Below, one piece after another: positions 57,205 through 64,000 of a stretch of DNA of 64,000 bases (positions within the stretch are counted from its first letter, which is position 1; the number at the start of each line of letters is the position of its first letter). A program made the position numbers and the translations under genes. The stretch comes from Clostridiales bacterium (GTDB taxonomy: Bacteria; Bacillota; Clostridia; Monoglobales; WRBX01): NCBI GenBank assembly GCA_031263785.1, contig JAISFC010000026.1:2922-66921 (forward strand), in the 5' to 3' direction. The notes beneath the pieces were generated by a model, which saw only the letters and a program-made list of their open reading frames with translations, ran no database searches and was not told the origin of the DNA.

Positions 57205-57241
57205 GAATGTGTAGGAAATAGAGGCTTCGGCTTATGGTTTT

Positions 57242-57413
57242 ACCGCAAAAGGGTGATAGTGAGCAAGTTTGCGTAAAGACGGCGCGCTTGCAAGCCGTTA
57301 GCCAGAGGGGTCCCCGCAAACGCTTGCGTTTGTGGTGAAGAGGAGGAACAAGGAAGCGTACGGATGTTTTCGAGCGATTTTGCTCGAAACCGTAGTAAGC
57401 GACCTTCGCTCCG
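57242..57413. ncRNA. copy C of the unnamed structured element, located in the 5' leader of a two-gene operon
   Basis: H1 57242-57249/57329-57336 (contains a G-T pair), H2 57267-57273/57315-57321, H3 57279-57283/57294-57298, H5 57366-57375/57382-57390. ~90% identical to copy B over the first 60 nt. Confidence 0.6.
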
Positions 57414-57431
57414 ACGAGGAGTGTGTACAAT

Positions 57432-57800
57432 ATGGATATGCTTTCGGCTACTGAAACCTTGCAAAACGAGGTAAGCGCCGGCGCGGGAGAGCTATCGCGT
57501 GTTATTCGTGTCGGCGGCGAACATTTGGCGTCCGCAATTGAATCGCCAAAGACCTCGTCGACGGAAATTCTTGCAATTTCCAACACATTGATAAGCGATA
57601 TATCGCGCACGGCAAACCGCTTGTCCTCACGCATAAACGAGCTCGCGGACCAAACCGTCGCGCGGCAGGAACCCAACGCGGAGGATATTTCGTCGTCAGT
57701 GAGCCACTCGCTGGAGAAACTAATGGAAAACGTCAGCGCGACCATCATAAATATTAAAGACGTCGTACACAACACTTTAAAGAATTTTATCGAAAATTAG
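57432..57800 (+). CDS. hypothetical 122-aa helical protein
   Basis: GAGGAG (57416-57421) lies 10 nt upstream of the ATG at 57432. The sequence is rich in heptad-like S/T/L/I segments (SNTLISDISRTANRLSSRINELADQ). Confidence 0.6.
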   Translation: MDMLSATETLQNEVSAGAGELSRVIRVGGEHLASAIESPKTSSTEILAISNTLISDISRTANRLSSRINELADQTVARQEPNAEDISSSVSHSLEKLMENVSATIINIKDVVHNTLKNFIEN

Positions 57801-57812
57801 GAGGGGATTAAC

Positions 57813-58031
57813 ATGGCTAAGGAACCGAATCAAAAAACAAGAGCTACTCTCGCGGAATCTGTGCGCGGGCTTACTTCTTCGCTGTCCGAGCGGGTTTCCC
57901 AAATATTCAATTCCATGTTCAAAACAATAAGCTATGCGGGGCGCGAAAGTGTGCGTAATAAAACCGCTAAGTTTCAAAATGGCGGCGGGCGCAAGGGCGA
58001 TATACAGAATATTCCGCCACAAGCCCGCTAA
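57813..58031 (+). CDS. hypothetical 72-aa basic protein
   Basis: AGGAGGGG lies 8 nt upstream of the ATG, and the gene starts 12 nt after the previous stop. Confidence 0.55.
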   Translation: MAKEPNQKTRATLAESVRGLTSSLSERVSQIFNSMFKTISYAGRESVRNKTAKFQNGGGRKGDIQNIPPQAR

Positions 58032-58271
58032 CAGGCTGAAGACTTTGTCTTCAGCCTCACAAGGGGCACCGAGGTTCCCCTTGTGTTATCCCCTCCGCAA
58101 TTTTCCGCGCTCCGCGCATAAATGCGCTCACCGCACGAAAAATTAGCGGTATCGCTTCGGCGAAATGAATTCGCCTTCGCGATGGGATTTCAACTAAAAC
58201 CCCTTTCAGGGAAGTTTTTTTACAGTCCAAACCCGTGTTCCTAATGCGGGCTTACAGCAATATAGTTTAAT

Positions 58272-58301
58272 AAGCCGTTTCCAAACCGGGACGGCTTTTT
58301 T
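58272..58301 (+). terminator. intrinsic terminator
   Basis: AAGCCGT...ACGGCTT stem followed by TTTTTT. An A-rich tract on the other side means it may also serve the convergent mtaB. Confidence 0.6.
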
Positions 58302-58305
58302 GCGT

Positions 58306-59721
58306 CTATCCCGCTGTCTTTTTTTCAATCAATTTCCCCAAACACGCGTCGCCGTCAGAAGTCACACCGAAAATTTGCACCTTCACGGTCTCTCCCTTCG
58401 CGGGTCGGCATTTCGCCCTATTTTTCCGCGTTTTCAGCGTGCGCATTTTTATAGCAGTAAAGTCCTTAATTTGTGAAGCCGCGAGCTTAATTATGCAAGT
58501 AACAAGCTTAACTTTTGTGTAATTCCGCGTGTATCCCCCGTCTTTTTCTATGATTATCTCTTCCGTCCTGCCCGCTTGCGCCGCAAGAAACTCCGCCCTC
58601 GTCTTTGCCGCGACTTCACGCATGATGCCCGCACGCGCCCTTTTCACCTCATTGCGCACCTCGCCGCCATGTTTTGCAAGAAAGTCTGCCTTCCCCGCCG
58701 CCGTGATTTTCCGCGCAGAATAAGGGAAAACATGTATTTTTCCGAATCCGCACTTCCGCACGTTCGCCAAACTTTCGGCAAACTCCGCGTCCGTCTCGCC
58801 GACAAACCCCACAATAACATCGGTCGTTATACAACTATTCGGCATTTTCCGCAATTCTTCCACTATATGCCGATATTCCGCAAATGTGTACTTCCTCCCC
58901 ATTCGCCTCAACACGGAATCGCTTCCGCTCTGCAAAGAAACATGGAAATGTGGGCACAATTTCGGCTGTTTTAGCAACTGTGCTATGAACCCGTCATTTA
59001 AATCGTGCGGCTCTAACGAACCCAACCGAATCCGTTCTATGCCCTTTATTTCGGCAATTTTCCCGACTAACTGCGGCAAACGCGCCTCACCGTCCGCATA
59101 TGACGAGATGTGAATCCCGACAAGCACAAGCTCGGAAAACCCGCTGTCCGCCATGGTTTTTGCCTCATCCAGAACCTCGCTCATCGGACGGGACTTCTCT
59201 CGACCTCTCGCATGTGGAATAATGCAATATGTGCAAAAATCATCGCAACCATCCTGTATTTTCAGCACCGCGCGCGTCCTTTCGTGCAAACCACCGATAT
59301 CCTCTCCGCGATTTGCAAAGAACGGCGCATCTTCCGCAAAAGACATGCGCTCCAACACCCTATTTACAACCTCATCCTTGTCGCTCGTACCGCAAATTAC
59401 GTCCGCCATTGCCCTAATATCCCGCATTTTTTCATTCCGTTTTATTGCATTTTCCGCCGACTCCCCTTGCTTCCTCAACACCTCTGCGTAACACCCCACC
59501 ACGCCAATAATCGCCTCCGGATTCATGCGTCGCGCCGCGGCAACCGCCTTCCGCGACTTCGCGTCACTCAAAGACGTGACGGAACACGTGTTAATCACAT
59601 ACACGTCCGCCACCTCGCCGAACGGCACAATTTCAAACCCGCGCGCCATAAAATCCCGCATTATACGCTGCGTTTCATACGCATTGACCTTGCACCCCAA
59701 AGTATAAAAAGCCGCTGTCAT
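58306..59721 (-). CDS. mtaB: radical-SAM methylthiotransferase, MtaB-like (tRNA ms2t6A)
   Basis: N-terminal UPF0004 domain (FYTLGCKVNAYE), radical-SAM CDDFCTYC, and a C-terminal TRAM-like region. MiaB versus MtaB cannot be settled without a search. Confidence 0.7.
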   Translation of the reverse strand: MTAAFYTLGCKVNAYETQRIMRDFMARGFEIVPFGEVADVYVINTCSVTSLSDAKSRKAVAAARRMNPEAIIGVVGCYAEVLRKQGESAENAIKRNEKMRDIRAMADVICGTSDKDEVVNRVLERMSFAEDAPFFANRGEDIGGLHERTRAVLKIQDGCDDFCTYCIIPHARGREKSRPMSEVLDEAKTMADSGFSELVLVGIHISSYADGEARLPQLVGKIAEIKGIERIRLGSLEPHDLNDGFIAQLLKQPKLCPHFHVSLQSGSDSVLRRMGRKYTFAEYRHIVEELRKMPNSCITTDVIVGFVGETDAEFAESLANVRKCGFGKIHVFPYSARKITAAGKADFLAKHGGEVRNEVKRARAGIMREVAAKTRAEFLAAQAGRTEEIIIEKDGGYTRNYTKVKLVTCIIKLAASQIKDFTAIKMRTLKTRKNRAKCRPAKGETVKVQIFGVTSDGDACLGKLIEKKTAG

Positions 59722-60503
59722 CCCCGATTCCCCCATCCCCCCGCAAACTTGTCGTCCAATATTACCTCATGCAGAAATAATCCGTGGGGAGGGAGCGTTA
59801 TGCCCGCTTTTGTGCGGTCGCGCCCCTCAATTATCCGCGGAATTTCGGCTGGATTCAATCTGCCGTTGCCGCACTCCACCAGCGTCCCCGCGATTATGCG
59901 AACCATGTTATACAGGTAAGAATCGGCATTTATGCGTATTTCCACCATTTTCTCCCTCTTATCCGCCACGCGCACGTCCAGAAAATTGACCGTGCGGACG
60001 TGATTTTCCCGACGTTCCCCTCTCGCCGTGAAACATGAAAAATCGTGCTTTCCAATTATATTTTTCGCCGCCTTGCGCATTAATTTGACGTCCAAGGCGT
60101 ACGGAAAATGGAACGAGTGCCCCGCCTTGAACGGGTCGGCGATTCTCTCGTTGTTTATGCGGTAAATATACGTTTTGCTCCTGCAATTAAACCGCGATTG
60201 AAACTCATCGTCCACCAAACGCGCCGCCAACGCACTAATATCCCGCGGCAACCACGAATTCAGCGCGTACGGAATGTTATTTATCGGCACAGACACCGCG
60301 GTTTGGAAGTTGCAAATATACTCCCGCGCATGGACCCCCGCGTCGGTGCGGCTACACCCAAAAACCTTCTCGACATCGCCAAAAATCCGCTTGCAAGCGG
60401 CAAATACCCGCGCCTGAACCGTGTCCGCGTTTTGCTGAACCTGCCAACCATGATAATTAGCGCCGTCAAACGCCAATTTCAGCATTATATTCGTGTTCCC
60501 CAC
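59718..60503 (-). CDS. truA: tRNA pseudouridine(38-40) synthase
   Basis: 261 aa with the catalytic motif GCSRTDAGVHA. Follows ecfT as in many Firmicutes. Confidence 0.9.
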   Translation of the reverse strand: MGNTNIMLKLAFDGANYHGWQVQQNADTVQARVFAACKRIFGDVEKVFGCSRTDAGVHAREYICNFQTAVSVPINNIPYALNSWLPRDISALAARLVDDEFQSRFNCRSKTYIYRINNERIADPFKAGHSFHFPYALDVKLMRKAAKNIIGKHDFSCFTARGERRENHVRTVNFLDVRVADKREKMVEIRINADSYLYNMVRIIAGTLVECGNGRLNPAEIPRIIEGRDRTKAGITLPPHGLFLHEVILDDKFAGGWGNRG

Positions 60504-60528
60504 CGCCTTTCGCCCGCCGAAGCCACGC

Positions 60529-61317
60529 TCAAATCATCACCAATCCCGTGATTAACGCCACGCACACCGTCGCCGCCAGCCAGTCCGCCGCCCGCACCCG
60601 CAGCCGTATCATAGACGTGCGCCCCTCGCCGCCCCTATAACAGCGGCTTTCCATGGCGACCGCAAGCTCGTCCGCACGGTGAAACGCGCTCACAAACAGC
60701 GGAATCAGCACGGGAACCAGCGCCTTTATGCGCTTAATCAGCCCGCCACTCTGGAAGTCAATCCCCCTCGCCGACTGCGCCTTAATGATTTTGTCCGCCT
60801 CCTCGATGAGCGTGGGAATGAATCGCAGCGCAATCGTCATCATCATAGCCACATCGTGCGACGGAAAACGCACCCATTTAAGCGGGCGCATCAAGCTTTC
60901 CAGCCCGTTTGTGAGCTGTATGGGGGACGTCGTGTATGTGAGCAAAGAGCTGATAAACACTAGCAAAATCACGCGTATCATCATCAGCCCCGCCAGCGTA
61001 ATCCCCTCGCGCGTTATCCTGAAAATCCACCATTGCGCCAGAATCTCACCGTCGGCGGAAAAAAGGTTGATTATGCAGGTGAAAACGATGAAAAACGCCA
61101 GAGGCTTGAGCGTTTTTAGGTATAGTGAAATCGGCACGCGCGCCAGCAACACCACCGCCAGCACGAATCCCGATAAAATGGCGTATTCCACGGCGTTTTG
61201 CGCAATGAGGCACGCGGAAATCATCGCCGTCATGAGCGCTATTTTCATGCGCGGGTCCATTCTGTGTATCACGGACTCACGCGGGAAATATTGACCTAAC
61301 GTTATATCTCTTAACAT
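60529..61317 (-). CDS. ecfT: energy-coupling factor transporter transmembrane protein
   Basis: CbiQ/EcfT family sequence with ARG motif (AQSARGIDF). ATG at 61315-61317. Confidence 0.88.
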   Translation of the reverse strand: MLRDITLGQYFPRESVIHRMDPRMKIALMTAMISACLIAQNAVEYAILSGFVLAVVLLARVPISLYLKTLKPLAFFIVFTCIINLFSADGEILAQWWIFRITREGITLAGLMMIRVILLVFISSLLTYTTSPIQLTNGLESLMRPLKWVRFPSHDVAMMMTIALRFIPTLIEEADKIIKAQSARGIDFQSGGLIKRIKALVPVLIPLFVSAFHRADELAVAMESRCYRGGEGRTSMIRLRVRAADWLAATVCVALITGLVMI

Positions 61318-62114
61318 GCCGCCTCCTTGAGTTTTTCCGTTGCCTGCTCCACCGTCCAGCAATCGTGATACCCCAAACGCCTCATAAGTTGGGCTATTTC
61401 GGGGATATCCAGCCCCATTTCCAGAAGCTCATCTTCGTGCGAAAATACCTCCGTAACCGTCCCGATATGCGCCACTTTCCCGTCGCGCATCACCAAAATA
61501 CGGTTGCAGGTCCGCGCTATTTCTTCCATAGAATGCGACACCAAAATAACGGTCACGCCGTGCTCTCGGTTAAGCGTGAGAATCGTGTCTATAAGGTGGT
61601 TTTTCGCGCGAGGGTCCAGCCCCGCCGTCGGCTCGTCAAAAATAATCGTCCCCGGCTCCATGGCAAGTATCCCCGCAATCGCTATCCGCCGCTTCTGCCC
61701 GCCCGACAAAAAATGCGGCGATTTCTTCATGATTTCCGCGGGAATATCCATAATTTCCGCCGTTTTTGCCACGCGCCGCTCAAGCTCCTCGCCGCCCATG
61801 CCCATGTTCGCGGGACCGAACGCGATTTCCTTGTAGACGGTCTCTTCAAAAATCTGATTCTCGGGATACTGAAAAACCATGCCTATCTGCGGCAAAACCC
61901 GCTCCACCTTGTTGCCCTCCACGCGCACCTCGCCCTTAGTCGGCGTGAGCAGCCCGTTCATAAGCTGCACCAACGTACTTTTTCCGCTACCCGTATGCCC
62001 GATTATCCCCAAAATCTCGCCCTTTTCCACAACCAGGTCGACGCCCGCCACCGCCTCTTTTTCAAACGGCGTGTCCTTGGAATAGGTATATGTCACGTTT
62101 TTCAGCTCAATCAT
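61311..62114 (-). CDS. ecfA2: ECF transporter ATPase (second, A')
   Basis: Walker A GHTGSGKST, signature LSGGQKRR, Walker B IIFDEPTAGLD. Confidence 0.88.
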   Translation of the reverse strand: MIELKNVTYTYSKDTPFEKEAVAGVDLVVEKGEILGIIGHTGSGKSTLVQLMNGLLTPTKGEVRVEGNKVERVLPQIGMVFQYPENQIFEETVYKEIAFGPANMGMGGEELERRVAKTAEIMDIPAEIMKKSPHFLSGGQKRRIAIAGILAMEPGTIIFDEPTAGLDPRAKNHLIDTILTLNREHGVTVILVSHSMEEIARTCNRILVMRDGKVAHIGTVTEVFSHEDELLEMGLDIPEIAQLMRRLGYHDCWTVEQATEKLKEAAC

Positions 62115-62920
62115 GCGCGACAACCCTCTTTCTGCAAAATTGCGGCAGCTTCGTCAACCGTAAGCGCGACCTGCTTGCCCAAATTGCTCATTAACTGCGC
62201 TATTTGCGGCAATTCCAGCCCCGCCCGCGTTAGCACCTCCGTCCGGGCGTACACCTCGCGCGGTGTGCCGCTCATTGCAATTTCGCCGCTGTTCATGATG
62301 ATTATCCGCTCCGCCAGCGTCGCCTCGTGCATATTGTGGGTGATAATCACTATGGTGAACCCCCGCTTATGCAAGCTTTCCAGCGTGTTTAGCACACTTT
62401 TCCGCCCCCGCGGGTCCAGCATTGCGGTAGGCTCGTCCAGCACAATACACGACGGCTGCATCGCAAGCACCCCCGCAATCGCCACCCGCTGTTTTTGCCC
62501 GCCGCTAAGCAGATGCGACGCATGTTTAGCGTATTCTCTCATGCCGACAACGTCCAGCGCATCGTCGACCCGTCGGCGAATTTCCTCCGGGGGTACCCCC
62601 AAATTTTCCGGCGCGAAGGCGACATCCTCCTCCACAACGCTGGAAACTATCTGATTATCGGGGTTTTGGAACACCATCCCCACATTGGAGCGCACGTCAA
62701 AAACCCGCGATTCCTCCGCGGTATCAATCCCGTCAACGACACATTTGCCGTCCGTCGGCGTCAGGAGCGCGTTAAAGTGCTTGGCGAGAGTGCTTTTCCC
62801 GCTCCCGTTATGCCCCAAAATCGCCACAAATTCGCCCTTTTTAATGTGCAGGCTGACGCCCTTTAAAGCCTCCACGGACGCCCCCTCATATTTGTACGTA
62901 AGGTTCTCGGTTATAATCAC
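62111..62920 (-). CDS. ecfA1: ECF transporter ATPase (first, A)
   Basis: Walker A GHNGSGKST, signature LSGGQKQR, Walker B IVLDEPTAMLD. Confidence 0.88.
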   Translation of the reverse strand: MIITENLTYKYEGASVEALKGVSLHIKKGEFVAILGHNGSGKSTLAKHFNALLTPTDGKCVVDGIDTAEESRVFDVRSNVGMVFQNPDNQIVSSVVEEDVAFAPENLGVPPEEIRRRVDDALDVVGMREYAKHASHLLSGGQKQRVAIAGVLAMQPSCIVLDEPTAMLDPRGRKSVLNTLESLHKRGFTIVIITHNMHEATLAERIIIMNSGEIAMSGTPREVYARTEVLTRAGLELPQIAQLMSNLGKQVALTVDEAAAILQKEGCRA

Positions 62921-63294
62921 GTTGTTTCAACATCTTCTTTCTTGCGTGTCTTTGCCACGAATTCCTCCAGCTTTTCCAGTCCCATCCGCCGCAAAATGGC
63001 GAAGTTTTGGAACAGTCTGGTGCCGAACGCCACAATCGCCGCTAAAAACAAGTCCACGCCGATGAGCTTGCCAATGTACGCCAATCCCGCAGCAAGCACC
63101 GCGTTGCAGAACAGCCCCGTCACGAAAATTTTCAGCTTAAATCTGTGGTTCATGCTGGCGACGAATCCGCCGAAAATGGAGTCCAACCCCGCGAGAATCG
63201 CCACGGCGACATAGGGGGAGTTCGCGCTCGATATGTTGTACGGCAGCCATATTCCCGCCGCAATTCCGATTAGCAAAGCAATTACCTGTATCAT
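62917..63294 (-). CDS. small basic membrane protein (DUF1290/Sbp-like)
   Basis: 125 aa with 4 TM segments and a basic C-terminus. Coupled to the upstream DUF881-like gene. Confidence 0.6.
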   Translation of the reverse strand: MIQVIALLIGIAAGIWLPYNISSANSPYVAVAILAGLDSIFGGFVASMNHRFKLKIFVTGLFCNAVLAAGLAYIGKLIGVDLFLAAIVAFGTRLFQNFAILRRMGLEKLEEFVAKTRKKEDVETT

Positions 63295-64000
63295 TGTGAA
63301 CCTCCTTGCGGGGCGTCCGCCGCAGACACCGGGACCGCATATTTAAAATCTATCACTCCACTGTAGCGCGGCACTTGCAAATGGTCGCTCTTTTTCAACG
63401 CCATCTCAATGCCGTAAAACTCCAGCGCCTTCACGACTCCCCCGGGCATCTGGAGCGCGGTTTCAAGCTGGGTAGGGTCGCCAATCGCGGTAATCACGTA
63501 CGGCGGCGCATACGGCTGCCCGTTCACCATCACCACTGACCCCACGCAGCGCACATAACTCGTCGCCAGCAGCCGCTCGCCATTGAGCGACAACGCCTCC
63601 GCCCCCGCGTTTCGCAGCTCGTTTATCACAAGCAGCAAATCTTGGTCATGAATCAGATACGCGTTGATATTTTCGCCGCTGTCCTTGATTTTGCTGTCGT
63701 TCATCGTGAAAACCACGCCCGGACCCTCCACATCGGCAAGCCCCGCGCTGATTTCCGCCTTGCGCAGCTGTTCGGCAAGAAGCTTCGCGCTGTCGGACTG
63801 CTCCGCCGCCATGTCCTGATACTGCTCCAGCTGGCTTTTGTACTCCATCGCCTGCTGGAAAAGCCCTTGATTCTTGTCTTTTTCCTTAATAAGGTCGGCA
63901 ACGAGCGTCTCAACGCGCTGAGCAGACGTCGCGTCCAACTGTGTATTTCGCACCACGCTTTTTATTTGCAACGATATCACAAGCCCCACAATCAGGCAAA
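63291..64000 (-). CDS. DUF881-like protein (5' end probably beyond window)
   Basis: LLLVINELRNAGAEALSLNGERL and GPGVVFTMND motifs are typical of the DUF881 family. The frame is still open at 64000. Confidence 0.6.
   Translation of the reverse strand, partial: CLIVGLVISLQIKSVVRNTQLDATSAQRVETLVADLIKEKDKNQGLFQQAMEYKSQLEQYQDMAAEQSDSAKLLAEQLRKAEISAGLADVEGPGVVFTMNDSKIKDSGENINAYLIHDQDLLLVINELRNAGAEALSLNGERLLATSYVRCVGSVVMVNGQPYAPPYVITAIGDPTQLETALQMPGGVVKALEFYGIEMALKKSDHLQVPRYSGVIDFKYAVPVSAADAPQGGSQ

Noticed and set aside
57020-57775. 251-aa minus-strand ORF
   Set aside because: It runs antisense through the consensus promoter, element copy C and the better-supported plus-strand ORF. It has no RBS and an implausible composition.
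61365-62654. Long plus-strand ORFs antisense to housekeeping genes (also 8275-9144, 24608-25588, 29914-31284, 49346-50659)
   Set aside because: These are typical stop-poor antisense frames of GC-rich coding sequence. They are Arg/Pro/His-rich, lack RBSs, and each is fully covered by a well-supported minus-strand gene.

Overview
This window looks like a Firmicutes/Clostridia-type chromosome segment, and almost all genes are on the minus strand. The core (21.5-39.1 kb) is a complete S10-spc-alpha ribosomal-protein cluster: rpsJ through rplQ, including secY, adk, map, a KOW-domain gene, infA, rpmJ and rpoA. It is transcribed divergently from rplJ-rplL. Housekeeping genes flank it: a SEDS family gene, cysS, two ABC exporter genes, hflX, pyrE, mtaB, truA and ecfA1-ecfA2-ecfT. 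There are also cell-surface genes: a ~1540-aa M6/InhA-like metalloprotease with a Gly-rich repeat region, and a 926-aa SLH-anchored protein. A lower-GC accessory stretch (40.7-48.5 kb) carries queH, an ABC-2 transporter, a lipoprotein, an orphan 991-aa protein, and VanZ-like and HhH-like genes. There are two tRNA genes, tRNA-Met(CAU) and tRNA-Ser(GCU). I saw no rRNA, CRISPR array, transposase or obvious prophage.

The most unusual signal is non-coding. A ~165-nt element occurs three times (6111-6272, 48873-49036, 57242-57413), and its helices are preserved by compensatory substitutions. Two copies start 0-2 nt after a tRNA 3' end. The third lies between a consensus sigma-A promoter and a small two-gene operon, in the opposite relative orientation. 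The two tRNA-adjacent copies are also followed by tandem 61-65-bp hairpin/T-run modules. I could not assign this element to any RNA family I know.

Other unexplained structure:
- a 9-unit tandem array in front of cysS, where a T-box leader might be expected
- a 648-bp non-coding gap after rplQ
- several abnormally long, motif-bearing spacers inside the ribosomal-protein operons
- a triplicated copy of the SLH gene's 3' end

All calls come from reading the sequence and the ORF track. No database search was possible.
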